Shown: positions 1-8,730 of the stretch, piece by piece
Position numbering within the stretch: the stretch's first letter is position 1
Layout of the letters: each line of letters starts with the position of its first letter
IMG/VR virus record: IMGVR_UViG_2778261534_000007
Coordinates: 1-40,456 of that record
Strand: one strand, 5' to 3'
DNA length: 40,456 bases
Source of the DNA: a virus
Taxonomy: Duplodnaviria > Heunggongvirae > Uroviricota > Caudoviricetes
Notes under the pieces: model-generated
Database searches by the model: none
What the model saw: the letters and a program-made list of their open reading frames with translations, nothing else
What the model was told of the DNA's origin: nothing
Program-made: the position numbers and the translations under genes

Positions 1-1248
1 ATGGCACTGAATATTCCATTCAGAAATGCGTACTATCGTTTTGCATCCAGTTACTCATTTCTCTTTTTTATTTCCTGGTCGCTGTGGTGGTCGTTATACG
101 CTATTTGGCTGAAAGGACATCTAGGGTTGACAGGGACGGAATTAGGTACACTTTATTCGGTCAACCAGTTTACCAGCATTCTATTTATGATGTTCTACGG
201 CATCGTTCAGGATAAACTCGGTCTGAAGAAACCGCTCATCTGGTGTATGAGTTTCATCCTGGTCTTGACCGGACCGTTTATGATTTACGTTTATGAACCG
301 TTACTGCAAAGCAATTTTTCTGTAGGTCTAATTCTGGGGGCGCTATTTTTTGGCTTGGGGTATCTGGCGGGATGCGGTTTGCTTGATAGCTTCACCGAAA
401 AAATGGCGCGAAATTTTCATTTCGAATATGGAACAGCGCGCGCCTGGGGATCTTTTGGCTATGCTATTGGCGCGTTCTTTGCCGGCATATTTTTTAGTAT
501 CAGTCCCCATATCAACTTCTGGTTGGTCTCGCTATTTGGCGCTGTATTTATGATGATCAACATGCGTTTTAAAGATAAGGATCACCAGTGCGTAGCGGCA
601 GATGCGGGAGGGGTAAAAAAAGAGGATTTTATCGCAGTTTTCAAGGATCGAAACTTCTGGGTTTTCGTCATATTTATTGTGGGGACGTGGTCTTTCTATA
701 ACATTTTTGATCAACAACTTTTTCCTGTCTTTTATGCAGGTTTATTCGAATCACACGATGTAGGAACGCGCCTGTATGGTTATCTCAACTCATTCCAGGT
801 GGTACTCGAAGCGCTGTGCATGGCGATTATTCCTTTCTTTGTGAATCGGGTAGGGCCAAAAAATGCATTACTTATCGGAGTTGTGATTATGGCGTTGCGT
901 ATCCTTTCCTGCGCGCTGTTCGTTAACCCCTGGATTATTTCATTAGTGAAGTTGTTACATGCCATTGAGGTTCCACTTTGTGTCATATCCGTCTTCAAAT
1001 ACAGCGTGGCAAACTTTGATAAGCGCCTGTCGTCGACGATCTTTCTGATTGGTTTTCAAATTGCCAGTTCGCTTGGGATTGTGCTGCTTTCAACGCCGAC
1101 TGGGATACTCTTTGACCACGCAGGCTACCAGACAGTTTTCTTCGCAATTTCGGGTATTGTCTGCCTGATGTTGCTATTTGGCATTTTCTTCTTGAGTAAA
1201 AAACGCGAGCAAATAGTTATGGAAACGCCTGTACCTTCAGCAATATAG
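1..1248 (+). CDS. cscB: LacY-family oligosaccharide:H+ symporter (sucrose permease CscB-like), 415 aa
   Basis: Full-length ORF with ATG at base 1; 12-TM hydrophobic profile and LacY-family similarity across the length; N-terminus MALNIPFRNAYYRF matches my recollection of CscB (from memory, unverified). Codon usage is host-like, not phage-like. Confidence 0.8.
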   Translation: MALNIPFRNAYYRFASSYSFLFFISWSLWWSLYAIWLKGHLGLTGTELGTLYSVNQFTSILFMMFYGIVQDKLGLKKPLIWCMSFILVLTGPFMIYVYEPLLQSNFSVGLILGALFFGLGYLAGCGLLDSFTEKMARNFHFEYGTARAWGSFGYAIGAFFAGIFFSISPHINFWLVSLFGAVFMMINMRFKDKDHQCVAADAGGVKKEDFIAVFKDRNFWVFVIFIVGTWSFYNIFDQQLFPVFYAGLFESHDVGTRLYGYLNSFQVVLEALCMAIIPFFVNRVGPKNALLIGVVIMALRILSCALFVNPWIISLVKLLHAIEVPLCVISVFKYSVANFDKRLSSTIFLIGFQIASSLGIVLLSTPTGILFDHAGYQTVFFAISGIVCLMLLFGIFFLSKKREQIVMETPVPSAI

Positions 1249-1689
1249 ACGTAAACTTTTTCCGGTTGTTGTCGATAGCTCTATATCCCTCAACCGGAAA
1301 ATAATAATAGTAAAATGCTTAGCCCTGCTAATAATCGCCTAATCCAAACGCCTCATTCATGTTCTGGTACAGTCGCTCAAATGTACTTCAGATGCGCGGT
1401 TCGCTGATTTCCAGGACATTGTCGTCATTCAGTGACCTGTCCCGTGTATCACGGTCCTGCGAATTCATCAAGGAATGCATTGCGGAGTGAAGTATCGAGT
1501 CACGCCATATTTCGCTATCAGGATTCTGTGTGATGGTTACATCGCCCGGCCCAGGGCTGTTTAGTCATCAGCGCTTTCTGACAGTGCTGAGATTTCAACC
1601 TGTTGCAGTAAAAATGAGTAGATATAAGGCAAGTGTGCTGCCAAACCCATCTTTTACGGGGTGAAGGTAGATTTCGTTTGAAGGGTATC

Positions 1690-1704
1690 TGGTGTCCCCT
1701 GCAG
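1690..1704 (-). other. Prophage attachment-site core (attR); 15-bp copy of the 3' end of tRNA-Arg (argW)
   Basis: TGGTGTCCCCTGCAG is the reverse complement of CTGCAGGGGACACCA, the 3' acceptor end of E. coli argW as I recall it. It lies 74 bp beyond the torI stop, where the phage-host junction is expected. Confidence 0.6.
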
Positions 1705-1777
1705 ACATCTACTTGAGGCGGCAGGGGATTGATTGGAATGGTGTTTTTTAGGTGTGAGAAATATTTTACCCGCTATT

Positions 1778-1978
1778 TTACCCATTGGCGCGGCTTAAGA
1801 GCTTATTTTTGAATTCACAATGGTCACGATATAACCATCTTGCTCGCCCGTGGATAACTTTGGCTTTTGGCAGGTCGCCGGACTTAATCCGGTCGTAGAT
1901 GAAGGTTTTACCAAAGCCAGTATCGGCCATGATGAATTTCAAATCAACCAGGGAATCAGGCTGTAGTTCGTGTTGCAT
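1778..1978 (-). CDS. torI: Excisionase / recombination directionality factor, TorI-like (66 aa)
   Basis: 66-aa winged-helix Xis-like protein (FGKTFIYDRIKSGDLPKAKVIHGRARWL); position adjacent to attR as in KplE1, where torI and intS sit at opposite prophage ends. Confidence 0.7.
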   Translation of the reverse strand: MQHELQPDSLVDLKFIMADTGFGKTFIYDRIKSGDLPKAKVIHGRARWLYRDHCEFKNKLLSRANG

Positions 1979-1997
1979 GAGTGCTATCTCCGAATAG

Positions 1998-2013
1998 GGA
2001 ATCGAACCTGCAA
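1998..2013 (-). other. 16-nt tRNA-Arg T-arm-derived segment upstream of torI
   Basis: Minus-strand TTGCAGGTTCGATTCC is an exact 16-nt match to the argW T-stem/loop as I recall it; chance occurrence in 40 kb is roughly 1e-5. Confidence 0.5.
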
Positions 2014-2023
2014 ATCAGGTAAT

Positions 2024-2044
2024 AAAAAACCGCCATCAGGCGGC
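2024..2044 (-). terminator. Putative intrinsic terminator downstream of the 99-aa Cys-rich gene
   Basis: Minus-strand hairpin CCGCC-TGAT-GGCGG followed by TTTTTTATT. Confidence 0.4.
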
Positions 2045-2086
2045 TTGGTGTTCTTTCAGTTCTTCAATTCGAATATTGGTTATGTC

Positions 2087-2386
2087 TTATTCGATGCGTA
2101 CTCCTGGTATTTCGCCTTTTGAAATGGCTAAGTCATAAATTTGCGCAGCACTATACCCATCTCGCATCCATGAATCTAAGGCGCGAATAGCCTCGCTACG
2201 CTTTTTATCTTCTCTTTCATTTTTGATATCAACGAGGACATCAACGCAATTAAGGCATATGTGGATTTTGTCCTTACATTCGATCATGGCGGCTTTACCA
2301 TGATTTCCGCCACACAGTGAGCATAAATCTTCAGGGTCTGGCTGGTATTTCTGTAACGTTAAAGGGTTGAATGTTGAACAGGCCAT
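2087..2386 (-). CDS. Hypothetical Cys-rich (zinc-finger-like) phage protein, ~99 aa
   Basis: ORF with GGAG RBS 6 nt upstream of the ATG at 2386; CSLCGG...CLNC motif pairs. Confidence 0.55.
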   Translation of the reverse strand: MACSTFNPLTLQKYQPDPEDLCSLCGGNHGKAAMIECKDKIHICLNCVDVLVDIKNEREDKKRSEAIRALDSWMRDGYSAAQIYDLAISKGEIPGVRIE

Positions 2387-2442
2387 AATCATCTCCATAA
2401 AACAAAACTCGCCGTAGCGAGTTCAGATAAAAGAAATCCGCA

Positions 2443-3243
2443 TTAAGCGGCGTCGGTGAATTCAAATAAAAAACCGGCTTGCGCCGGCTCTCTCATCTTT
2501 CTGTCTACCCATGCTGATATCGATGGTGGGTGCACCTTTTCAATAGCTGCGCGAAGTACAGCTGTACGTGCCAGTTTGTCGGTAATCTCAGGAAATCGCT
2601 TCTCTGTCTTCGGTACGTTAACAGCAACATTAGTAGAATCCGCACTGGCGAACGGATACATACCAAGAACTCTCACGTCGAGCATTCGAAGACCATGAAT
2701 TTTCACTTTCAAATTACGATTGATATAAAGCTCAGTGAAAACTTCATCCATTCTCTGTTCCCACCATTTAGAGCGTATGTGCCTGTGTGGGCCGCAGCAT
2801 CCAATCGCCACCCATTCAAATTTGCCAGAAAGGCGTAAAAGACGTTCAATTGATTCGTCGGTATGCCAGACCGGAACCGCTTTTGATTTTAGCCAATCAG
2901 GAACCAACTCAATCTGCTCGTCGTTTTCTGCCTCTGTCCCTTCGATAACGTCAGGTATAAGAAACCATTCAATTCTGCTGAACCACTTCCCAACAAAGTC
3001 GTAGAATTTTGCTCGTCTCTTACTCCAGTCTACCGGAGTGCCTTTCTTTAATGCTTTCATCCAGTCGCTAAAAGCGCCGTTATCAAGGCGTATATCACAA
3101 GGGAACATGGCAATCTTTTTCATCTGCTCTGGTCTGGCAAATGAAACAAAAGCCCCACCATCACGGTAAAGGGCTTTAATCAGCATATCTGTAGGGGCAT
3201 GCTCATCCCCCCATATTGGGCTGCCGTGAAAGTGGATGGTCAT
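2443..3243 (-). CDS. Hypothetical early-left accessory protein, 266 aa
   Basis: Long ORF in the early-left operon; family not recognised by inspection. Confidence 0.6.
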   Translation of the reverse strand: MTIHFHGSPIWGDEHAPTDMLIKALYRDGGAFVSFARPEQMKKIAMFPCDIRLDNGAFSDWMKALKKGTPVDWSKRRAKFYDFVGKWFSRIEWFLIPDVIEGTEAENDEQIELVPDWLKSKAVPVWHTDESIERLLRLSGKFEWVAIGCCGPHRHIRSKWWEQRMDEVFTELYINRNLKVKIHGLRMLDVRVLGMYPFASADSTNVAVNVPKTEKRFPEITDKLARTAVLRAAIEKVHPPSISAWVDRKMREPAQAGFLFEFTDAA

Positions 3244-3285
3244 ATTATCCCCATATAAAAGAAATCCCCGCGAGTGCGAGGATTG

Positions 3286-3570
3286 TTATTCAGTGCCGAT
3301 ATTTACCTTTATCGCGAACACCTTTACCGGTTTATCGCCGAAGTGGGGATGTGTGATTGTCTTGATTTCATATCCGTCATACGGAACATCAATTCTTCGG
3401 CTGGAATCGTCGCGCTTCGGATATCCCTTTGTGATAATCAGGCGGTCATACTCCCGGAACATAATTCGCTTATTCCAGTAGTCATTACACAGGCGATACT
3501 CTTCTGTTTTCTCTCCGCGAATCATGGCATCGAAGTATTCACCTTTGACGGCAAGTTGCAGGTTAGCCAC
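3286..3570 (-). CDS. Small phage protein, ASCH/DUF3850-like (94 aa)
   Basis: N-terminal pattern LAVKGEYFDAMIRGEKTEEYR resembles the ASCH/DUF3850 signature (pattern-level inference). Confidence 0.5.
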   Translation of the reverse strand: MANLQLAVKGEYFDAMIRGEKTEEYRLCNDYWNKRIMFREYDRLIITKGYPKRDDSSRRIDVPYDGYEIKTITHPHFGDKPVKVFAIKVNIGTE

Positions 3571-4096
3571 GGTTAACCTCCTGCGGCGGTTCTGGTAGCG
3601 GCATCCAGTGAGTTATTTCATCGGCAAAGATATCTGAGTTAAGTTCCGTCCAACTATTCCAATACCCAGATTCATCCCACCATTTAACCTCGACATGCTC
3701 TCCGTCGGTCACTAACACATCAGCATACCCTTTCGGCATTCGCTCACTACAGCTTATCCAACCATCCGGAGTTACCGGAGAGTTGCCATTTACATCGAAG
3801 TTTGGCTCTGCGTCCTGAACCAGGAGGATGTAACCATTCTTGGCTGTATCAAGTTCTAACGCCTCGGTGACGGTGCCGAAATAGCGATTACCTAAATCAG
3901 CATCACAAGTGCTTACATCAATGGAAACTTCCATGCCTTCGATTAATTCTGGCAAGTTGTAAGTTTGGCTTACAGGCTCTGCTTCCAGCGATGCCAGCGC
4001 AATCCGTGCCAGTTCCATTTGTTCGCCACGAGTAAGTCCGTTATCAAGCGGATTTTTAATGAATAATTTGATACGTTCTTTGGTTATAGCGCTCAT
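3563..4096 (-). CDS. Phage protein with C-terminal DUF551-like domain (177 aa)
   Basis: C-terminal W-rich segment (VKWWDESGYWNSWTEL...HWMPLPEPP) typical of DUF551 in lambdoid early regions; 4-nt overlap with the upstream gene. Confidence 0.6.
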   Translation of the reverse strand: MSAITKERIKLFIKNPLDNGLTRGEQMELARIALASLEAEPVSQTYNLPELIEGMEVSIDVSTCDADLGNRYFGTVTEALELDTAKNGYILLVQDAEPNFDVNGNSPVTPDGWISCSERMPKGYADVLVTDGEHVEVKWWDESGYWNSWTELNSDIFADEITHWMPLPEPPQEVNRG

Positions 4097-4097
4097 A

Positions 4098-4592
4098 TCA
4101 CTCTCCTTTGGTGCGAATGCCAGTGGTACTCATTCTCCTGATTTCCCAGAGCACACGAGGAATACCACCGTTTCCGACCGGATCGCGTTTACTCCGCAGG
4201 GCGACGCTTGATTCCGCCCAGCTTTTTCTTGGAGGAAGCTCTTTCACACGAACAAAACCAGCTGCGCGAAGAGATGCTCCTGATTCATCTGCCTGGGTGT
4301 ACGTAATACAACGTTGATAACCCATAGCTTTTGCTGCCCGCCAGACAGCACCATAAAGCGCGCTGTTAGCGTTGCGTTCTCCTGTGGTACATGTGCGATT
4401 TACTTCAAGCGTTAATCCATCGTCCAAATGTCGTGCAACAGGTCGACCAGCTGTCGCCACACCTATCAATTCTCCGGCATTATTTCTCAGACCAATGCTG
4501 AATTTATGCCCCACTGGTGGTTTATTGTGTCGGTGGTGCTGTGCGATAAATTCCTGCGCCGCTTTCAGCGTTATAGGTGAAATGACCATCAC
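4098..4592 (-). CDS. Hypothetical early-left accessory protein, 164 aa
   Basis: ORF translationally coupled to neighbours; family not recognised by inspection. Confidence 0.55.
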   Translation of the reverse strand: MMVISPITLKAAQEFIAQHHRHNKPPVGHKFSIGLRNNAGELIGVATAGRPVARHLDDGLTLEVNRTCTTGERNANSALYGAVWRAAKAMGYQRCITYTQADESGASLRAAGFVRVKELPPRKSWAESSVALRSKRDPVGNGGIPRVLWEIRRMSTTGIRTKGE

Positions 4593-5194
4593 TCAGACTC
4601 CTCCTTGATGCCAGCGGCGCGCTCGGCTTCACTTTGTTCCCAAAACCACTTGTGAAGCGCCATAAGCTTTTCGTCAATCGGTGCATATTTGCGATTAAAG
4701 TAGGCCTGAGCATCTTTCTCAGATTCGTCCGGTAATTCGCCAGGGCCAAACAGTGTGTTATAAATCCATGCCAGTCCGCTCTTAGCGTCGCCAGTTGCCT
4801 GCCATTCGATAATGGCAGCCTGCATGACCAGAATGTTTTTCCCGATTAATAGGTCCAGTTCTTTGTACCGGTTGCGGATGTATGCATTCTCGCTTTGTAA
4901 TTCAGCGTTTCGCTTCTCTGCTGCTTCCAGCTCATCCAGCAGCGCCAAGACGGTAGCCGGATTGGCTGCGGCGATGAATTCAGCATTGGCCTGCTGTTCC
5001 ATTTGGAAATCTTCATCGAAACCGCTTTCAGGATGCGCTCCTTCAATTCTGCAAATGGGAATATATCCAGCAACTTCACGATGAATTAGCGCATCATCAC
5101 CATCAAATCGGCCCTCTCCATATTCGAGCGACCACACACCACACGTTGCTTTTTCTGCCTTGGCACGCAGTACCTGATAGTCAATCTTGCTCAC
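4589..5194 (-). CDS. Ead/Ea22-like coiled-coil phage protein
   Basis: Central heptad/coiled-coil segment ([30 protein letters not shown]); likely GTG start at 5194 preceded by AAGGAGG. Confidence 0.55.
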   Translation of the reverse strand: MSKIDYQVLRAKAEKATCGVWSLEYGEGRFDGDDALIHREVAGYIPICRIEGAHPESGFDEDFQMEQQANAEFIAAANPATVLALLDELEAAEKRNAELQSENAYIRNRYKELDLLIGKNILVMQAAIIEWQATGDAKSGLAWIYNTLFGPGELPDESEKDAQAYFNRKYAPIDEKLMALHKWFWEQSEAERAAGIKEESE

Positions 5195-5358
5195 TGGTTG
5201 CCTCCTTTGCGCCACATCGCATTCAGATATTTGTTTTGATTCACTGATGGAAAAGAATTTCTCTTAAGCAATTCCTCTCTCGATGGCATTGGCTTTACGC
5301 GTTGGCGAATAATCATTTCTGCCGGAAGAATGCCTGGATTGTATGCAAGTCCTCTCAT
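5191..5358 (-). CDS. Small hypothetical protein (55 aa), below the ORF-track size cutoff
   Basis: ATG at 5358 preceded by AAAGAGGAA RBS; stop overlaps the start of the next gene. Confidence 0.3.
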   Translation of the reverse strand: MRGLAYNPGILPAEMIIRQRVKPMPSREELLKRNSFPSVNQNKYLNAMWRKGGNQ

Positions 5359-5374
5359 GGTAAATTCCTCTTTG

Positions 5375-5689
5375 TTAATTTATTCGTATGCCTGCTCTTT
5401 CTTCATCGAGTTTTTTTAGCTTGTATCGCATAGCTCTTACTGAATAAATTGAGCGGCAGGTTGCAATTGCTATTTCTTCTGCGGAGAACTTACCGAAAAG
5501 TGATACTTCGGCTCTTGTCCAGCGTCTTCCACGAAGTCGGCTAACAATGTCAGCGCCAATCCTTGTTGCTTTCGCCATTACTGCTTTTTCAGTCCTTTCC
5601 AGTTTTTCAGCGATAACTTCAACTGGCATTGTCGCCGCCACTTCGCGCAAGAAATCGACTTCCCATTTCTCCCATGGAGTCTTTTTCAT
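5375..5689 (-). CDS. Hypothetical phage protein, 104 aa
   Basis: ORF in operon context downstream of the RecT module. Confidence 0.5.
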   Translation of the reverse strand: MKKTPWEKWEVDFLREVAATMPVEVIAEKLERTEKAVMAKATRIGADIVSRLRGRRWTRAEVSLFGKFSAEEIAIATCRSIYSVRAMRYKLKKLDEERAGIRIN

Positions 5690-5700
5690 AGGCGATACCG

Positions 5701-6189
5701 TTATTTGATAAGAAGTGAAGGTTTCCCAACTTTGAGTTGAGCACCGGGGATATTTATTCCTGCTTTTAGTTGGTGTTTGATTGCCAGTTTGTCGGCTTTA
5801 ATTGTCGTTTCAAACTCAACGTATTCAGGAGGAAGGGCGCTTGAGTCGATGATTTCTACAGTTTCTGACGGTTTGCGGATTGTTACCTGGTGAATACCTG
5901 CTCTAATCTTTTTCTTGCCAACCATTTCAAGCGATGAGGCTATATATGCCATAATGCTATCAATCTTATTTTGAATTACTGCTGCTCGTTCATTCAGTGA
6001 CTTTGCCTCGTCCTTGAGGCGTTCAGCATAACCAGATTCATTTTTAATAATGGCAAGAAGTTGCTCTATTTTATCGGTAAATTCTCCTTCCATGCCTTCT
6101 ATTGTGTCAGCAATCATCTCTGGTTCTAAATCTGAATCCATCAATTTTGCGTATTCATTGGCAATTTCATATAGTTTGCTCACTGGCAA
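5701..6189 (-). CDS. Recombination-associated protein, siphovirus Gp157-like (162 aa)
   Basis: Immediately downstream of and overlapping recT; acidic helical N-terminus; Gp157-family assignment is by resemblance and synteny. Confidence 0.5.
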   Translation of the reverse strand: MPVSKLYEIANEYAKLMDSDLEPEMIADTIEGMEGEFTDKIEQLLAIIKNESGYAERLKDEAKSLNERAAVIQNKIDSIMAYIASSLEMVGKKKIRAGIHQVTIRKPSETVEIIDSSALPPEYVEFETTIKADKLAIKHQLKAGINIPGAQLKVGKPSLLIK

Positions 6190-7069
6190 CCTCCAGTTTC
6201 GCTTTGCATTCTATGTAAATGGCTTGTATGTTCTGCTGCAATTTCATTCCAGATGTCAGGCGATATGCTTCTGCAAAATATCTCTTCAAATCATCCATGT
6301 TTTCAGACTGAGCCATTTCATCACAAAGAAGTTGTGCTTTATCCGTTATTTCCTGCTGGCGTTTCCGTTCATCTTCGCGGATATCTTCCTCTGATTTGTG
6401 CGGCATAACTGGTTCCTGATGCATACCTTCATCTTCGTTAAGCAGGTGAATGGCATTATCCAGTCGCTGGGCTTTAGGCCAGTATTTGCTGGCGCGTTTA
6501 ACTATTGTTTTACGCGCCATCTCTTCCCAGAATGTCTTCCACGGTCCATTCTTTGCCTTGCTCGTTGCTTCCACAGCTTTAATTTCTGCCAGACTCATTT
6601 CTTCAGTGAGGTAGTCACCATCTGCTGTTTTAACCGTACAATAACCACCAACAATAGAGCCTCGCTCACCAAATGCGTTGTATTTGTGGGTTGGTGCTGA
6701 ATCAAGGCCGTTTGATTCATAGGTGTCGTTTGAGTACACCAGTTTGCATTGCCCCCACTTAATTGATCCTGTCGATTGCGCAAGATGAAGTAATCCCATG
6801 TAACTGATATCAAGGCAAACCATGCCGTCGCGAGGAACCAGATAAGCCAGTTTGCTGGCCGGGTTTAAGGTGATGCCGATCGCCGCAACATTGATGATGG
6901 CGTTCTGTGCGCTGGTTGGATTTGCCAGTGCCGTTTTAGCCAGGTAATCATTTTTCTGGAAATACTGAATTGCAAACTGGCTTTCCTTAGCCCATGTCAC
7001 CGTCTGTTCAGTCAATGCTCCGCAGAATAACTGCTCCTGCTGTTTAACGAATTCAACGATATTGCTCAT
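6167..7069 (-). CDS. recT: RecT-family single-strand annealing recombinase (300 aa)
   Basis: RecT-family similarity across the length (NVAAIGITLNPASKLAYLVPRDG...); located in the position of lambda bet. Confidence 0.8.
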   Translation of the reverse strand: MSNIVEFVKQQEQLFCGALTEQTVTWAKESQFAIQYFQKNDYLAKTALANPTSAQNAIINVAAIGITLNPASKLAYLVPRDGMVCLDISYMGLLHLAQSTGSIKWGQCKLVYSNDTYESNGLDSAPTHKYNAFGERGSIVGGYCTVKTADGDYLTEEMSLAEIKAVEATSKAKNGPWKTFWEEMARKTIVKRASKYWPKAQRLDNAIHLLNEDEGMHQEPVMPHKSEEDIREDERKRQQEITDKAQLLCDEMAQSENMDDLKRYFAEAYRLTSGMKLQQNIQAIYIECKAKLEVASEQTI

Positions 7070-7377
7070 GCAGCTTCTCCAAAAATGTGTCTGCGTTTAA
7101 ATATTGCGAAGGCATATTCAGCCTTAACTCTTTCGGTTATTGCATCCCAGAACCATTCAGCGGCTTTTTCCTGATAGTTACAGTCATCATCTTCCAGCCA
7201 GTCGATAGCGTCCTTAGTGTGTTCATCTGGTTTATATGAGCGAAGCATTTCGCTTATTGGGTCGCAACGTTTGCAGAGGCGATCAACTTCACTGTTAATT
7301 CGTTCGTAATCTTCATCAGTAAAACTTGCGATTATTTGCGATATTTCACGCTTATCATTCAGAGTCAGAATCATCAT
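7066..7377 (-). CDS. Hypothetical acidic phage protein upstream of recT (103 aa)
   Basis: ORF overlapping the recT start by 4 nt; acidic, Trp-rich; no family recognised. Confidence 0.5.
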   Translation of the reverse strand: MMILTLNDKREISQIIASFTDEDYERINSEVDRLCKRCDPISEMLRSYKPDEHTKDAIDWLEDDDCNYQEKAAEWFWDAITERVKAEYAFAIFKRRHIFGEAA

Positions 7378-7458
7378 CTTTCTCCTGTTCTTTGTGCTGA
7401 TTGAGCATTTTGTTCATCTGACGAATGAATTCTTCGTCTGACCAGTTATCTGTAAAAC

Positions 7459-7581
7459 TCATTTCCTGCGATACCACGGAAGGTTGATAGCTGATTTCAT
7501 CGCTTTATTTGCTTCAAGCCACATTTTTGAATCACCAATAAATCTGGCTATTACTGCTTTGTTTTGTGCCGCACGAAGCAT
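7459..7581 (-). CDS. Kil-like small protein (40 aa), below the ORF-track cutoff
   Basis: ATG 14 nt after the cIII stop; translation MLRAAQNKAVIARFIGDSKMW... resembles my recollection of lambda Kil (IATFIGDEKM). Confidence 0.4.
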   Translation of the reverse strand: MLRAAQNKAVIARFIGDSKMWLEANKAMKSAINLPWYRRK

Positions 7582-7595
7582 CTGGTGATTAATGG

Positions 7596-7730
7596 CTATT
7601 TCATTGCGCATAACGCCTCCAGTTGTTTCTTTGCTGCTCTAATTAATTGTTTAACTCGGCGTGATAATTCAGATTCGTGCGGGTAGAAAGCGGACATGAC
7701 GCCGCTACCCGCGAGCTGAAAGTGCATCAT
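7596..7730 (-). CDS. cIII: cIII-like protease inhibitor (44 aa)
   Basis: MMHFQLAGSGVMSAFYPHESELSRRVKQLIRAAKKQLEAL resembles lambdoid cIII; AAGGAG RBS before the ATG at 7730. The longer listed ORF (to 7835) runs through a terminator hairpin and is rejected. Confidence 0.7.
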   Translation of the reverse strand: MMHFQLAGSGVMSAFYPHESELSRRVKQLIRAAKKQLEALCAMK

Positions 7731-7793
7731 GGGTAACTCCTTATATTTGATTGCATAACGAAAACGCCTCGAGTGAAGCGTTATTGGTATGCA

Positions 7794-7820
7794 TATAAAA
7801 AGGCCCTCACACTGGAGGGC
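7794..7820 (-). terminator. Intrinsic terminator (tL1-like) between the 156-aa gene and cIII
   Basis: Minus-strand hairpin GCCCTC-CAGTGT-GAGGGC followed by CTTTTTAT. Confidence 0.5.
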
Positions 7821-7924
7821 AAAGAAGATTTTCAATAATCAGAACAAGTCGGCTCCTGTTTAGTTACGAGCGACATTGCTCCGTGTATTCACTCGTTGGA
7901 ATGAATACACAGTGCTTATTTGTA

Positions 7925-8395
7925 CTAATAAAATACCCAATTTTCTGTTTCTTGGTTGTGTCCAAAGTTATATTCAATATCTGGTGTTGATGTATCAATA
8001 TTCTTCATCCCATCAACAAGAGTTGATACAACAGCCAAATCTTGTTTGATTCTCATTAAATGGTATTTCTTCCGGCGCAATAAACTTTCAATGGCAAGTT
8101 TCTTCGTTGGGAATGCAAAAGATCTTTCTGCATTTTTTGCTACTTTCTTAATTGCATATCTATTTCTCTTTTGTTTCCATTCCTGTAACCACTGATTTGG
8201 TGCTGGTTTAAAATTAACAATCCAATGCGCAGGAACCAACCATGCATAATGCTCTGTCTGATGAAAAGCTATATATTGAAGTGCGAATATTTTGATTCCA
8301 TCTTCTTCAACTGTCGCCTGGAATCTCCAGAAAACAGGCATTCCATCATGTTCAGTTTCTGATTCAGGAAAAGGTACGCTCCATGATTTTGTCAT
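7925..8395 (-). CDS. Hypothetical AT-rich accessory protein (156 aa) in the N-cIII (sieB/ral) slot
   Basis: ORF with markedly lower GC than the flanking N and cIII genes; followed by a 9-bp-stem inverted repeat (7883..7910); no family recognised. Confidence 0.6.
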   Translation of the reverse strand: MTKSWSVPFPESETEHDGMPVFWRFQATVEEDGIKIFALQYIAFHQTEHYAWLVPAHWIVNFKPAPNQWLQEWKQKRNRYAIKKVAKNAERSFAFPTKKLAIESLLRRKKYHLMRIKQDLAVVSTLVDGMKNIDTSTPDIEYNFGHNQETENWVFY

Positions 8396-8403
8396 ATCTC
8401 ACC

Positions 8404-8730
8404 TCAAATAAGTGGCTTGCTGCCTAATTTCATTTTCTGGCGACCAACACAAGTCACACCCATTTCACTGCGTGGCTTGCTGTACCATGTGCGCTGATTC
8501 TTGCGCTCAATACGTTGCAGGTTGCTTTCAATCTGTTCGTGGTATTCAGCCAGCACCGTAAGGTCTATCGGATTCAGTGCGCTTTCTACTCGTGATTTCG
8601 GTTTGCGATTCAGCGAGAGAATTGGGCGGTTAACTGGTTTTGCGCTTACCCCAACCAACAGGGGATTTGCTGCTTTCCATTGAGCCTGTTTAGCTGCGCG
8701 GCGTTCGCGGCGGCGTGTTTGTGCATCCAT
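8404..8730 (-). CDS. N: Antitermination protein N (lambda-type)
   Basis: Near-identity to lambda N as recalled (MDAQTRRRERRA.KQAQWKAANPLLVGVSAKPVNRPILSLNRKPKSRVESALNPIDLTVLAEYH...). Confidence 0.9.
   Translation of the reverse strand: MDAQTRRRERRAAKQAQWKAANPLLVGVSAKPVNRPILSLNRKPKSRVESALNPIDLTVLAEYHEQIESNLQRIERKNQRTWYSKPRSEMGVTCVGRQKMKLGSKPLI

Noticed and set aside
350-998. Short ORFs on both strands inside the permease gene (350..553, 532..717, 780..998)
   Set aside because: Fully embedded in a well-supported 12-TM transporter gene; alternative-frame artefacts.
1690-2013. Possible tRNA gene
   Set aside because: Only 15-nt and 16-nt fragments of tRNA-Arg are present; no complete cloverleaf can be assembled, and the intact argW is expected beyond the right end of the window.
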